Positions 39,767-50,797 of a stretch of DNA of 64,000 nt are shown here, piece by piece (positions within the stretch are counted from its first letter, which is position 1; every line of letters begins with the position of its first letter). A model generated the notes under the pieces. The model made no database searches. It was not told the DNA's origin and saw nothing but the letters and a program-made list of their open reading frames with translations. This DNA is from Candidatus Magasanikiibacteriota bacterium (lineage in GTDB: Bacteria; Patescibacteriota; Patescibacteriia; Magasanikbacterales; UBA922): assembly GCA_016193335.1 (NCBI GenBank), contig JACPSK010000005.1, positions 13,308 through 77,307 of the forward strand. The letters are read 5' to 3'. Made by a program: the position numbers and the translations under genes.

Positions 39767-40993
39767 CTATTCGTAGTGAAGAGCGGTGATGGGGTCAAGC
39801 CCCGCGGCTTTGCGCGCCGGAAGCAAGCCAAAAATCAAGCCTACAAGCAATGATATACCGACAGTCACTATGATAGAAGAAAAACTGATAATAAAATGAT
39901 AATCATAACCCGTATATTGAACTCCTCTCGCTATGATATAAGCAAGTAAAACTCCAAAAAAAATGCCGAACAGGCCGGCGAGAGCAGTAATGAAAATTGT
40001 TTCAAACAAAAATTGCCTCATAATATCCTTACTCCGCGCTCCCAGAGCTTTTCGAAGCCCGATTTCCCGCGTTTTCTCACGCACGCTCATAAGCATAATA
40101 TTCATGACTCCCACGCCGCCCACAAAAAGAGCCACCGAAGCTATACCGACCAAAAAAAATTTAAGTGCGTTGGTTATCGTGGTCAAAATGGCGAGCAAGT
40201 CAGTAATTTTTCTGACTGAAAAATCTTCATCCCCGTGTCGTTCGACCAAAGTCTGTTTTATTTCCTGAACTGTCTGTTCTATAAAACGCTCGTCTTCCAC
40301 TCGGATACGAAGGAAACTAACATGACGCAGGCCCAGCAAATCCCGTTGAACCGTGCTGAGAGGTATTAAAATCGCGTGGTCCGGATCTTCGAAGCCGTCA
40401 GAGCCTTTTTCTTCCAGAACACCAAGCACCCGAAAATGTTTCTTTTTTATCTTTATGGATGCTCCCACCGGATCGACATCTCCGAACAATTCATCCGCGA
40501 TAAGAGAACCCAATACCACGACACGTTCATAGCCTGAAAATTCTATGTCATCAAAAAAACGCCCCTCTCTCACGCTTAGCTTTTCCAGAGAAGCGTAGCT
40601 TGGTGTGGTCCCGGTATATGTGATATTGCGTTCAGTGCTCTGCCATTGCACGAGATCATTGCCAGATATATAAGCCGCGAATTCTTTACCGTGCTCTACG
40701 TTGTTCTTGTCCATGAGAGCGAGACCGTCTTCATACGTGAGTGTCGTTACCAATATGCCAAGGGCCGAAGCGGGCGGTCCGGTTTCTTCCGAAGCGCCCG
40801 CAAGCACGGCCACCAAATCAGTGCCCCTGGCTTTTATCTGATTGGTGATAAGGCCCTGCGCCCCTGAACCCACGGACATAACCAAAATGACCGCCGTGAT
40901 GCCTATGACAAGACCCAGCATGGTAAATAAAGTTCTTCTTCTATTTACGCGCAAATTTTTTATGGCGATTTTGGCGAGCAGAGAAAATCTCAT
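39767..40993 (-). CDS. ABC transporter permease (FtsX/MacB family), second copy
   Basis: same architecture; paralog of the 38490 gene. Confidence 0.7.
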   Translation of the reverse strand: MRFSLLAKIAIKNLRVNRRRTLFTMLGLVIGITAVILVMSVGSGAQGLITNQIKARGTDLVAVLAGASEETGPPASALGILVTTLTYEDGLALMDKNNVEHGKEFAAYISGNDLVQWQSTERNITYTGTTPSYASLEKLSVREGRFFDDIEFSGYERVVVLGSLIADELFGDVDPVGASIKIKKKHFRVLGVLEEKGSDGFEDPDHAILIPLSTVQRDLLGLRHVSFLRIRVEDERFIEQTVQEIKQTLVERHGDEDFSVRKITDLLAILTTITNALKFFLVGIASVALFVGGVGVMNIMLMSVREKTREIGLRKALGARSKDIMRQFLFETIFITALAGLFGIFFGVLLAYIIARGVQYTGYDYHFIISFSSIIVTVGISLLVGLIFGLLPARKAAGLDPITALHYE

Positions 40994-41090
40994 AAAAATT
41001 ACATTCTCCGCCCATTTCCTGACGGAAAGTGAATCAGCCGTTTTCGTGATAAACTCTGAAAAAGATTATTCCAGCCCGTCTGGCCGTCTT

Positions 41091-41810
41091 TCATTTCAAC
41101 AATGCCCCATCTGAGATAGAACGAAACTGCGCGTTCAATTCGTCGCGCACGATGAGCCCATCTTTGAGATGCACAATACGTTTCGCATGCCGAGCCGTGT
41201 CAAGCTCATGAGTTACCATAATGATGCTATGGCCTTTTTTGTTTAATCCCTGCAAAATGGACATGATCTGGGTACCGGATTTTGAATCCAAATTACCGGT
41301 CGGTTCATCGGCAAAAATAACATCCGGATCATTCACCAAAGCTCTCGCTATCGCCACCCTCTGACGTTCGCCGCCAGACAGCTGATTTGAAAGATGTTGA
41401 CCACGATGGCTCAAGGCAACTGACTCAATGGCCTTGTCCACAAGATCCTTATATTCTTTTTTATTCTTTGAACTATAAAGCAAAGGCAGTTCAATATTTT
41501 CTCTCACCGTAGTCCTTGGCAAAAGATTAAAAGACTGAAAGACAAAACCTACGCGCCGGTTGCGCATCTCTGCCAGTCGATCTGTATCAAACCCCCCGGC
41601 GTCTTGTCCGTCGAAAAAATAGGAGCCAGCGCTCGGGCTGTCCAAAAAACTCAAAATATGCATCAACGTAGACTTTCCAGAACCGCTCGGACCCATGATG
41701 GCCACAAACTCACCCCGCTCGATTTTGAGCGTGATACCATGCAATACTTTGGTTACGACATCATCAGTTTGATATTCTTTTTGTATGTTTTGTGTTTCGA
41801 TAAGTGGCAT
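41091..41810 (-). CDS. ABC transporter ATP-binding protein (MacB/LolD type)
   Basis: Walker A GPSGSGKST, LSGGERQRVAIARAL signature, Walker B IFADEPTGNLD. Confidence 0.85.
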   Translation of the reverse strand: MPLIETQNIQKEYQTDDVVTKVLHGITLKIERGEFVAIMGPSGSGKSTLMHILSFLDSPSAGSYFFDGQDAGGFDTDRLAEMRNRRVGFVFQSFNLLPRTTVRENIELPLLYSSKNKKEYKDLVDKAIESVALSHRGQHLSNQLSGGERQRVAIARALVNDPDVIFADEPTGNLDSKSGTQIMSILQGLNKKGHSIIMVTHELDTARHAKRIVHLKDGLIVRDELNAQFRSISDGALLK

Positions 41811-41825
41811 AGATAAGTCTCGAAA

Positions 41826-43706
41826 TCACTCTGTTTTGAGAAAACTGACAACTTCTTCTCCTTCGTTAAGACCTGAAATGATCTCAGTCTGTCCCCTATC
41901 TCCCGACAGACCCACGAGCACAGAACGTTCTTCAAAAATTCCGCTTTTCGCGTCCATGAGCACCCTCACAAATGAAGATCCATCCTCCCGCCGTATTATC
42001 GAGCGCTCTGAAACGGCGAGCACAGCTTGTTTTTCTTCTGTGATAATCCGGACATTCGCCGTCATGCCAGAACGCAATTCATATTCCTTTGGATAATTTT
42101 TATCGAGAGCTATTTTGGTTTTGTAATAAATAACTCCGGAAATCTCGGTCTCGGCCGGCTCCACAAAAAGTACGTTCCCTTTGAATTTCACTTCTTCTCC
42201 GTATGCGTCGAAGCTGATTAAGACAGGATCCTCCGCCAGAACTTTTACAATATCAGATTCAGAAATATCTACTTCTATGTTCAAATCAGAAGACAAAATA
42301 TGTGCCACGCTCTGATTGGCTTGGGCATTTTCTCCTATCTCAATATCCAGACCGGCAAGAATGCCGTCGCTCAAGGCTTTTAATTCGGTTTTCTCCAGAT
42401 CATCCTTGAGAGCCTGCACATTGGCGGCCTGCCGCCCCACTTCTGCTTTCAGAGAAGCAAGGTCCACGTCTCGAGGGTCAGAAATTAAATCTTCATGCCC
42501 TGCTTCGGCTTCTTCTAGCTGCGCGGCTTTAAATAAAGCCTGAGCATGAGCGATATTATTGTCTGCCTCCACTTCTTTACGAAGATTCGCGAGTTCCACC
42601 GTGGCTTTGTCATACGCAATTCGATATGAAGAAAGAGAGGTTCTCGCCGTACTGATTGCTTGTTTCTTGGCGCTCAAATCCTTGGCAGAACTGTTCACAC
42701 TGGCTTGCGCTGAGCTGATGTCTGTTTTCAAAGTATTTAACTCTGATAAGCTAAGATCCCCACCCGGTTCGGCATCCGCGAGAATAAGCTGCATGCGCGA
42801 CAATAATTTTTGAGTATTCTCCAAAGCTAAAACCATTTCAAGAGTCCAAGAATCAACAAGAGCATGGGTGCTTTGTTCCTTGAGCGCTAAAATATCAAAT
42901 TCAAAAGCCCGCAAAGTGCCATGCAAAGACTTGTACAAAGTTTTTGTTTGGTTCAAAACAGTGGTATTATCAAGCTCCAAAACATCCTCATAATCATCAT
43001 TAGCTTGTATATTGTCAATCCCCAATATCTTGTCGGTTTCAATTAAAGCGTCGGAAAAGACCGTAAGAGAAGATTTTAGGGCGTCTATAAGATTCAGATA
43101 CGCGTCTTTTACCAATCTGCTGTCTTCTCCTCCTTCGACCAATGACAAATTATTTTTTGCCGTTTCCAAAGCTTTTTCAGCGTTTGATATTTTTGTTTCT
43201 CCGGAAGCCTTAACCTTGTCGAGTTCAGCCTCAACCTCTTGAAGAGCGGCTTTTGCCTGATCCACGGTGGCTCTGGATTTCTTGGCAGCCTCGGCACTCG
43301 GCCCGGCCAATTCAAGATTGAGTTTTGCTTGCGCCGAACTCAGAGCGGCGTATCCTTCATTAAGACGAGCTCTCTGCTTGGCGCTGTCAAGACGCGCCAA
43401 TACTTCACCGTTTTTTACTTGATCGCCGGTTTTTTTTAAAACCTCAAGCACTTTTCCTGAAATTTCCCAGCCGTATCTGAGCTCGAGATTCGAGACAAGG
43501 GATCCGGTCTCTTCCACTGACTGAATCAAATCAAGACGCTCCACTCGGGAGCTTGAATACTCAAGCTCTTCCGGGCTTCGTTTTTTTGCGACAAAAAAAA
43601 TAAGCAGAAAAAAAATGACAAGCGCCAAAAAACGAACTGACGGCTTTTTCAAAGCTGTTTTGGCGGAAGCAAAAAATTCTTTCATAAAAATATTCGCCCT
43701 ATACAT
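41826..43706 (-). CDS. HlyD/MacA-family periplasmic adaptor with a very long coiled coil
   Basis: N-terminal TM, extended helical repeats, C-terminal beta-barrel-like region. Confidence 0.6.
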   Translation of the reverse strand: MYRANIFMKEFFASAKTALKKPSVRFLALVIFFLLIFFVAKKRSPEELEYSSSRVERLDLIQSVEETGSLVSNLELRYGWEISGKVLEVLKKTGDQVKNGEVLARLDSAKQRARLNEGYAALSSAQAKLNLELAGPSAEAAKKSRATVDQAKAALQEVEAELDKVKASGETKISNAEKALETAKNNLSLVEGGEDSRLVKDAYLNLIDALKSSLTVFSDALIETDKILGIDNIQANDDYEDVLELDNTTVLNQTKTLYKSLHGTLRAFEFDILALKEQSTHALVDSWTLEMVLALENTQKLLSRMQLILADAEPGGDLSLSELNTLKTDISSAQASVNSSAKDLSAKKQAISTARTSLSSYRIAYDKATVELANLRKEVEADNNIAHAQALFKAAQLEEAEAGHEDLISDPRDVDLASLKAEVGRQAANVQALKDDLEKTELKALSDGILAGLDIEIGENAQANQSVAHILSSDLNIEVDISESDIVKVLAEDPVLISFDAYGEEVKFKGNVLFVEPAETEISGVIYYKTKIALDKNYPKEYELRSGMTANVRIITEEKQAVLAVSERSIIRREDGSSFVRVLMDAKSGIFEERSVLVGLSGDRGQTEIISGLNEGEEVVSFLKTE

Positions 43707-43844
43707 GGCAGGACTTCCGAACTTGCGCTTGGGGACAAAGAACTAAAGGCTCTCTGAGGGTCTGAGATGAACGAGGCAAGCAAACTATTTCACTCTTAAA
43801 CATCAAGCGGCCGCAGACTCAAAATCCCACACCATATCGGGGAT

Positions 43845-44510
43845 TTATTCTTTTGTAATGAGTGTGACTGATTCTATCAGCACCGGTTCAATGGGATTAT
43901 CCCGCGCGTCTGTTTCAACAGCTTCTATAGAATCCACAATATCCATTCCCCCCACGACAAAACCGAAATTAGTATGCTTCCCGTCAAGCCAAGGAGTGGC
44001 TTCCGCGATTACGATAAAAAACTGTGACCCGTTTGTGTTCGGCCCGGCATTGGCCATGGCCAGAGAACCGCGAAGCAAGGGATGGGAGTTTATTTCATCT
44101 TCAAAAGTATAGCCAGGACCACCTGTGCCGTGCGGAGCCCGATTATTCTGATCTTTGCTTAAAGGATCGCCGCCTTGAATCATAAAATCTTTGATCACTC
44201 TGTGAAAACTCACAGCATTATAAAAACCTTCCTGAGAGAGCTTCAAAAAATTTTCCACGGTTTTAGGAGAATCTTGATTGTAAAATTCAACAGTGATATC
44301 GCCCTTGTTGGTTTTGAGAATCGCTCGGTTGTATGTTCCAACTAAACTGTCTTGTGGCATAGAAGAATCAATAATGTTATCTACCTTACTTATTGGTGAG
44401 ACTCCAGACTTCGCTCCCAAATCAGACGAAGAGACGGGAACAGAAGATCCGGATGAACAGCCGGCTCCCAGAAAAAGAACAAGGGTACTGAAAAAGATGA
44501 GCAAACGCAT
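43845..44510 (-). CDS. cyclophilin-type peptidyl-prolyl isomerase (lipoprotein)
   Basis: FHRVIKDFMIQGGDP and HGTGGPGYTFEDE cyclophilin motifs; lipobox LFLGAGCSS. Confidence 0.8.
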   Translation of the reverse strand: MRLLIFFSTLVLFLGAGCSSGSSVPVSSSDLGAKSGVSPISKVDNIIDSSMPQDSLVGTYNRAILKTNKGDITVEFYNQDSPKTVENFLKLSQEGFYNAVSFHRVIKDFMIQGGDPLSKDQNNRAPHGTGGPGYTFEDEINSHPLLRGSLAMANAGPNTNGSQFFIVIAEATPWLDGKHTNFGFVVGGMDIVDSIEAVETDARDNPIEPVLIESVTLITKE

Positions 44511-44520
44511 AGAGTAGAAA

Positions 44521-44931
44521 TTAAAAATTCTCAACGCCCTTTTTCTTAAAATTAAGGCAGACCGAATTGATGCAATACCGTTTGCCCGTAGGTCCGGGGC
44601 CGTCATCAAAAACATGTCCCAAATGAGAGCCGCAGGAAGAGCACGTAACTTCGGTCCTCTCCACACCATGGCTTATGTCGCGATTAATCGTCACCGCCCC
44701 CTCTTTGGCCAAATCGTAAAAACTCGGCCAGCCACTTCCAGAGTCATATTTCTTGGAAGAATCAAATAAAATTTGGCCGCAAGCCATGCAAGCATAGCTT
44801 CCATCTTCTCCATGTTTGTAATATGCCCCGGTAAAAGGAGCTTCTGTGCCTTTTCCCCTTAATATCTGATACTGTTCAGGACTTAATTTCTCTTTCCAGT
44901 ATTCTTCTCCAAGATCTTTGAAATTCGACAT
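44521..44931 (-). CDS. msrB: peptide-methionine (R)-S-oxide reductase
   Basis: two CxxC pairs and the GWPSF motif. Confidence 0.85.
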   Translation of the reverse strand: MSNFKDLGEEYWKEKLSPEQYQILRGKGTEAPFTGAYYKHGEDGSYACMACGQILFDSSKKYDSGSGWPSFYDLAKEGAVTINRDISHGVERTEVTCSSCGSHLGHVFDDGPGPTGKRYCINSVCLNFKKKGVENF

Positions 44932-45030
44932 AAAGATACAATAAATTACCCCTATCATAAAGGAATAAAGAATGACCGTCAACGGCCTTCAAAAATCTTC
45001 TAAAAATAAACAAAAGCAAGACAAATATTT

Positions 45031-45690
45031 TTAGCTTGCGGACGTTTTTATGTTGCCGGGTTCTCGAAGAAGGCGGATACCAAGATACGAAAGCGGAGTA
45101 TAAAGCGCGCCCATCACCACTTTGTAGAGCCACCAAGAAATAATGATACTAATCAGCGTGCGGGTTGAATAAACGCCCGCGAAGGCGATAACCATGAAGA
45201 CTGTCGTGTCGAGTAATTGTGACCAAAGATTGGAGAGAAGCGAGCGCAGCCAAAAAAATTTTACTCCCAATTTCTCGCGGAAAAAGAAAAAAGACAATAC
45301 ATCTTGGTACTCAGCAATCAAAAAAGCGGTAACCGAGGCAATGGCAATGCGCACCGAAACGCCAAAAATCTGATTGTACCCCTGTCTCGCCCATTCGCTG
45401 GCATCGGACCATGGCATGGCAAGCGACAAAAATGAATAGGCAATGAACAAGGTCGTGCTGATAAAGCCGGCAAGAACGAAAAACTTTGCGGCGCGCTTGC
45501 CAAATACTTCTCCGATAACGTCAGTGGTTAGAAACACAATGGGGAAAGAAAACACTGCCACCGATAAGTGGGAACCAAAAATAAATGGCATCAGCTTCAA
45601 ACCAAGAGTATTGGCCGCGAACAAAGAGGTAAGATATATGGCAAGCGTGATAATGAGTTTTTTAAACGAACGTTCTGTAAGTTGAATCAT
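45031..45690 (-). CDS. queuosine-precursor transporter (YhhQ/VUT family, DUF165)-like membrane protein
   Basis: 6-TM pattern and N-terminal similarity to YhhQ; pattern recognition only. Confidence 0.45.
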   Translation of the reverse strand: MIQLTERSFKKLIITLAIYLTSLFAANTLGLKLMPFIFGSHLSVAVFSFPIVFLTTDVIGEVFGKRAAKFFVLAGFISTTLFIAYSFLSLAMPWSDASEWARQGYNQIFGVSVRIAIASVTAFLIAEYQDVLSFFFFREKLGVKFFWLRSLLSNLWSQLLDTTVFMVIAFAGVYSTRTLISIIISWWLYKVVMGALYTPLSYLGIRLLREPGNIKTSAS

Positions 45691-46048
45691 ACTGATAATT
45701 CCTTAGTTTAATAAATACGCGGGAACAAAAACAGGTGCTCAATATTCAGAAACAGATAAAAAACCTCCCAGATTCTTGGAAGAGACTTTGCAGACAAAGC
45801 CGGACCAGGTTTCTATCCGATGATTGTGAAGCATAGTTAAAAAATATTATGAAAATCTAGACGACTCGATTTTCTGGAACAAACAACAAAAGTTAACAAG
45901 CTTAGTTAAAATAAACTGAAAGTGATTTTATCAGAATACCTGAACAATACAAATTTTGCAAATTTTCGCAGTTAATGGATTAGACGCCAAAAAAACAGGA
46001 TTAAAAAACTAAAAAAATTCAAACAGACCAAACGCACCCCACTCTACT

Positions 46049-46687
46049 TTAAAACTCTGTTCTCAATCCCTTTTCCAAAACCACAAATCGCATTCCTTCG
46101 GCTCCCAATACATCTTTTGGAATGCTATGAAAAGGGCCAACATGCTTGAGCATACCGTCATGAATAGGAAACACAAGCTGTGGCTTTATCTTTTTTGCGT
46201 ATTCGAGGCTATCGGCCATACGCATCCACGGCGCGATAACCGGAAGCGCGAGAATCTCAACTGGCTTATCCGGATACACATTAAGCGCGTCCCCGGGATG
46301 AAACAAGCGCCCATCAAATAAAAAACCGGTATTGTCAAAACGAGGAAAAGACTGATAGATCACCGCGTGATCTTGGCCAAAAGCCTCAACACTCAAGCCT
46401 TTGACCGTCATACTGGCTCCGTTTTCAAGCAATTCAAAGGAAAAATCTGCCCCAGCAAGCTTCTTGCCTACTCCTTTGTTGGTGTATATACGAAAATTTT
46501 GATTATGTTCACGAAGACGCGAAAGAGATTCAATATCGCAGTGATCCGGATGTTCATGAGTTATAAAAATAGCGTCTAAACCAGAAATTTCTGTGTGCCC
46601 TTCTGACCAAAAACCGGGATCAACCATAAGCCGAGCCCCGTTTTCTTCAATAAGCAAGCAAGAATGTCCGAAAAAAGTAAGATGCAT
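46049..46687 (-). CDS. MBL-fold metallo-hydrolase
   Basis: HEHPDH motif. Confidence 0.65.
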   Translation of the reverse strand: MHLTFFGHSCLLIEENGARLMVDPGFWSEGHTEISGLDAIFITHEHPDHCDIESLSRLREHNQNFRIYTNKGVGKKLAGADFSFELLENGASMTVKGLSVEAFGQDHAVIYQSFPRFDNTGFLFDGRLFHPGDALNVYPDKPVEILALPVIAPWMRMADSLEYAKKIKPQLVFPIHDGMLKHVGPFHSIPKDVLGAEGMRFVVLEKGLRTEF

Positions 46688-46782
46688 ACCGGCAATAATT
46701 ATCTATAAAGGCTAATCTTATTCACCCTAAAACTAAAAGATATCTCTTTACTCTGAGATCCGCAATAACGTACAGCAGATTT

Positions 46783-47433
46783 CTACAAACCAGGTTCAAA
46801 ACTCTGTAAAGTCAGGTCTAAATCACTTTTGTAAGCTTCATAGTCAGCGGGAAGGGCCATAAACGTAAGCACAAAACCTTTATAATCTCTATAAGCCTGT
46901 ACTTGGGTCATACGCAGTGTGAGAGTGCCTTGTGTCAGAACACCTTCCGCTCGTATTGCCTCTCCAAAAGGAAACTGAATTTTGCTAACTTTCGCTTCCA
47001 TAGTCCCCGCGCTCTCCAAAGCCGTCTTGATACTCTCTGGCAATTCATCCAACACAACTTCGTCTTGAGTAAACTCAGTGGGGGTCAAAATAACTCCAAG
47101 ATTGGATTGAAACCCCGCGTTCGTATCAGCCATGGGAACTTTAAAATATATTTGCCCCTCAGCCGCCAAAGTTTCGTCCAAATTCCATGTATTTGGATAA
47201 GAAATGCTCCAGCCTCCGGTGCTCTTGTAATCAGTAAAATAACTGGGGAGTTCGGCTTTGCTAAGAGCAGGAGCTTTGTCTGTTGTCGGGTTGCCAGACG
47301 CGCATCCTCCTCCGATCAAAAGCAAAGTAAGTGCGAAACCGAGGCCAGTAATGAATCTTCGCATATAGTGATGATACATAATGAATAAATTGAAGACCAA
47401 AATCAGTATAACAATAATATATTCAAAACACAA
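46783..47433 (-). CDS. hypothetical lipoprotein
   Basis: lipobox LLLIGGGCASG. Confidence 0.3.
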   Translation of the reverse strand: MCFEYIIVILILVFNLFIMYHHYMRRFITGLGFALTLLLIGGGCASGNPTTDKAPALSKAELPSYFTDYKSTGGWSISYPNTWNLDETLAAEGQIYFKVPMADTNAGFQSNLGVILTPTEFTQDEVVLDELPESIKTALESAGTMEAKVSKIQFPFGEAIRAEGVLTQGTLTLRMTQVQAYRDYKGFVLTFMALPADYEAYKSDLDLTLQSFEPGL

Positions 47434-47439
47434 AAAGCC

Positions 47440-48261
47440 TTAAGGAGATTCGATCGTATAATATTCTCTGTCTGTATCATACCAAGTATCCAACAAATCA
47501 GATACAGAATGTCTACCCACCGCGAAACGGTCCTGAGATGGATCCCATACATCATACACACGCAAAGCTTCACGTTTGAGTTTCAATTCCTCAGAATTCA
47601 AAGCTACGGAAATATCATTAACGCTCGGTGTTAAGGGAAACCAACGCTTATCCGATATGTTGTTTGCTTTCACCAGGCCATTGGCCAAAGCCACATGGTC
47701 CGGATGGCCGCCGGACACGGTGACATATACTCCATCTCCCAATTTTTCGCGTAAATCTTCAAATACAAGTCTTGCCTGTTTTTCATCGAGATCCCCATCA
47801 GAATAATATGGCTCAAGAGAACCGGCCACTCCGCCCGGATTTAAAAATAGTACATGGTCCTCCGATATGCCGAGCTTTTTTGCAGAATCCAAAAACTCAC
47901 GGTTACGGGCCGCGACAAAATCTTGATGAGACAATTCAGAATATCCCTCTTCTCCAGGATGATGAACTTGTTTATGCACCGGGCAGACAATATCAGTCCC
48001 ATGTCCGTCCGTTCCATTTATAATATACCGAGCCGAAGACCGAGACCCATCTGTTACCACCACCGCGTAGACTTCCTGTCCTTCAATCGCTGAACGTGCC
48101 AGAAAACCGGCCATAAACAATTCATCATCTTGATGGGGCAAAACCGCTACCACTATTTTTCTTTTTGAAACAAAAGTGTCGTCTTTAAATGAAAAAAGAA
48201 AGATAAACGTAAAAAAAACAATTGCCAGAATTCCCATTGTCAAGAGACCCAAAGTCCGCAT
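47440..48261 (-). CDS. PIG-L/LmbE-family deacetylase
   Basis: VLPHQDDE motif. Confidence 0.6.
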   Translation of the reverse strand: MRTLGLLTMGILAIVFFTFIFLFSFKDDTFVSKRKIVVAVLPHQDDELFMAGFLARSAIEGQEVYAVVVTDGSRSSARYIINGTDGHGTDIVCPVHKQVHHPGEEGYSELSHQDFVAARNREFLDSAKKLGISEDHVLFLNPGGVAGSLEPYYSDGDLDEKQARLVFEDLREKLGDGVYVTVSGGHPDHVALANGLVKANNISDKRWFPLTPSVNDISVALNSEELKLKREALRVYDVWDPSQDRFAVGRHSVSDLLDTWYDTDREYYTIESP

Positions 48262-48383
48262 AAATACTCAACCAATAGAACCTTACGTATGGCCACTATA
48301 TATTACAATGTACACGCCAAACAATCCAATCGAAAGATGGCGGGATTTCTAAAGCGCACCATACATAGAAATATCCCGAGTCT

Positions 48384-48707
48384 CTATTTTTGTGGATCTG
48401 GATACCCATCTGGATCCGGATAGAAGCTGTCCGGATTAGGGAATACGTCAGGGTCAGGATACTTTTGTGAATTTGGAATCTTATCCGGATCAGGAGACCT
48501 CTGAGAATCAGGAACATGATCCGGGTTAGGATATACTGGCGAAACCACACTATTCACTTTCTCAAAACTTCTGGAACCGGGCTGATTTTGCTTGGCAAGA
48601 CGAGAACCTGCCGCGGCCGCGGCCAAGGCCGCAGCGCCGAGAAATGCAAGCGCCAAACCGATCTTTAACTTCGACACCGTTGCTGTTTTTTGTGTAATCT
48701 TTCCCAT
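48384..48707 (-). CDS. small secreted PDPD-repeat protein
   Basis: N-terminal LAFLGAAALAAAAAG anchor shared with the 31626 and 33375 genes; repeated YPDPD. Confidence 0.3.
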   Translation of the reverse strand: MGKITQKTATVSKLKIGLALAFLGAAALAAAAAGSRLAKQNQPGSRSFEKVNSVVSPVYPNPDHVPDSQRSPDPDKIPNSQKYPDPDVFPNPDSFYPDPDGYPDPQK

Positions 48708-48830
48708 ATTATATGACGAAATAAATACTTAACTATAACTAGAACCACAGCCCAAAAATAATTTTGAGTTGGGCTCTAAATATACCACAAAAGTTAACAA
48801 GAACAAAATAAATATAGGATGTGTGTGCCC

Positions 48831-49376
48831 CTAAGTCTTTTCTTCGCTGAGCAGATGTGAAAATCTTTGTCTGAGTTTTGCAACTTTCGGATCAATTACG
48901 AACTGGCAATACGGCTCATCTCGATTCTTTTCATAATACGCTTTGTGGTATTCTTCCGCTTCATAAAAAGTATCAAGCGGTTTGAGCTCCGTGACAATAG
49001 ATTTGGAAAATGTTTTATTCTGCTCCAATGTTTCTATAAATCGCTTTACGATAGAAGCCTGCTCTTCACTGTTGCACAATATGATAGAGCGATATTGAGG
49101 CCCACTGTCATTTCCTTGACGATTTGGGGTAGTGGGATCATGGGTGGCAAAAAATACAGAAAGCAAAGTGTCCAAGTCTATACTATCAGAATCAAAATCC
49201 ACCCGTATAACTTCGGCGTGGCCTGTATCCATCGTGCAGATTTGATGATACGTGGGGTTGGGTACTCTACCTCCCGCGTACCCGGGTTTAACTGAAATCA
49301 CGCCTTTGAGACGACGAAATACCGCCTCAGCGCACCAGAAGCAACCACCGCCGAACACGATAGATTGTATGGTCAT
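48831..49376 (-). CDS. msrA: peptide-methionine (S)-S-oxide reductase
   Basis: GGGCFWC active site. Confidence 0.85.
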   Translation of the reverse strand: MTIQSIVFGGGCFWCAEAVFRRLKGVISVKPGYAGGRVPNPTYHQICTMDTGHAEVIRVDFDSDSIDLDTLLSVFFATHDPTTPNRQGNDSGPQYRSIILCNSEEQASIVKRFIETLEQNKTFSKSIVTELKPLDTFYEAEEYHKAYYEKNRDEPYCQFVIDPKVAKLRQRFSHLLSEEKT

Positions 49377-49380
49377 AGAA

Positions 49381-50151
49381 TTATTTTTCTTTATTTCCTA
49401 ATGCCTCGGCCGACGCCTCACGATACGCGCAATAGTCACAGCTCTGCTCTGCTTTCGGGATCTGAGGAGCATCTAGAACTTTCTTTATCTTCTTCAATAT
49501 CGGTTCAACCCAAGCGTCGTCACCCTCATAAGGAATCAAAGTAACCTCAAACTCGAGCCTGGCGTCAAAAGCTTCTTTGTCTGCTATGCCGTTGCAATAT
49601 ACGAAATATCCGATATCGCCGACATCAAGACCATTCGCGCGCAAAAGCCATTGATAAATTTCCATCTGCCGCTTGTATCCGTCCTGCCAGTCTTTATCGA
49701 GTTCAGTAATCTTTTCATTCTTGCTGGTTGATTTGTAATCAACGACTATATATTCTTTGGTAGCCACGCTCATCCAAAGATCGTCGATGGCGCCCGTTAT
49801 AATAAAATTGTTGGGTTCATGAAAAAATTGAACGCCCTTAAAATTTTCTCTCCACATATCAAGACTTTCATGGCCCGCAGGAATAGCATCTATGCCATAG
49901 CGTTTTTGCAAAGGATGCTGAACGCCTTTTATCCGATGAGAATCAAATTCTTGTTTCAAAAGAGAATCCACGGCCGAATTGAGACTAAAAGGAAAACCCG
50001 GAGGCCTCCCTACCCCCAAACGCCGATCCATATAAAAACATCTCGGGCATTGTATGAACAAATCTATTTTTGAGCGGGATAATTTGAAAGGAGCACTGTC
50101 GGACGGACGATATATATTACGCGTTCTCTTAGCTGTGTAATACTCCGACAT
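49381..50151 (-). CDS. PD-(D/E)xK nuclease-superfamily protein (Cas4/RecB-like fold with a C-terminal Cys cluster)
   Basis: N-terminal CPRCFY; VVDYKST; C-terminal CDYC. Confidence 0.45.
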   Translation of the reverse strand: MSEYYTAKRTRNIYRPSDSAPFKLSRSKIDLFIQCPRCFYMDRRLGVGRPPGFPFSLNSAVDSLLKQEFDSHRIKGVQHPLQKRYGIDAIPAGHESLDMWRENFKGVQFFHEPNNFIITGAIDDLWMSVATKEYIVVDYKSTSKNEKITELDKDWQDGYKRQMEIYQWLLRANGLDVGDIGYFVYCNGIADKEAFDARLEFEVTLIPYEGDDAWVEPILKKIKKVLDAPQIPKAEQSCDYCAYREASAEALGNKEK

Positions 50152-50152
50152 A

Positions 50153-50455
50153 TTATTTTTTGATGGAAACTTTTTCTTGCTTCAAAATTTTTTTCGCGAT
50201 AATAAACACGGCAAAAGCCAAAATAATAAAATGGAGAAAATCGGCCAAAAAAGCTCCCCATTTGAGAGCTATAGGGCCTATACGCAGGGTGGCTTCTCTC
50301 CAGCCTGCGCTGGAAAGAGGAATGACAAAGGGCATGAACACATTGTCCACCAAAGATTTGACCACCGAATTGCTGGCTGCCCCCATAATAAAAGCAAGAG
50401 CAAGCTGTATGATATTGTATTCTTTTAGAAAAGAAAAAAAATCGCGGAAAAACAT
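50153..50455 (-). CDS. mscL: large-conductance mechanosensitive channel
   Basis: 100 aa; FKEFAMRGNVIDLAVGVIIG-type N-terminus. Confidence 0.75.
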   Translation of the reverse strand: MFFRDFFSFLKEYNIIQLALAFIMGAASNSVVKSLVDNVFMPFVIPLSSAGWREATLRIGPIALKWGAFLADFLHFIILAFAVFIIAKKILKQEKVSIKK

Positions 50456-50572
50456 AGATAGATTTCAATAATATTGCCAAAAAAATAATAAAGATACGAC
50501 AGATGTGGCAGTTCCGCGTGTAGAACTGCCACTGCTTCCCTCCGGCTAAGCCGGCCCTCTATTCCCGCTTCT

Positions 50573-50797
50573 TTACTCTTTCTTTACTCTCAGAAAGAGC
50601 AGCCAAACCAGGGGCCAGGCGAAAATACAAAAAAGGAACAGGGGTAAGATTGAGAGAGACACTTCCGGATCCTCGTGTGTCCCGTCGAGGATCTGATTAG
50701 TGCATCTCTCGAAGATACTCCAGCCCAGACTCACCCAAAGAGCCGCGAACACAAAAAAAATGAATTCCGAATGAGACACCGAAGCCCCCCCGCTCAC
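50573..50797 (-). CDS. small membrane protein
   Basis: ORF only. Confidence 0.2.
   Translation of the reverse strand: MSGGASVSHSEFIFFVFAALWVSLGWSIFERCTNQILDGTHEDPEVSLSILPLFLFCIFAWPLVWLLFLRVKKE

Noticed and set aside
45690-45800. preQ1 riboswitch upstream of the YhhQ-like transporter
   Set aside because: Only the A-rich tail AAACTAAGGA, which is also simply the Shine-Dalgarno sequence, matches. I could not build the P1 hairpin or the conserved loop. This is left as a low-confidence note in the findings.
45886-48805. Shared 14-mer caaaagttaacaag at 45886 and 48792
   Set aside because: A 14-mer match in 64 kb of AT-rich DNA is within chance expectation, and the flanks are not similar.
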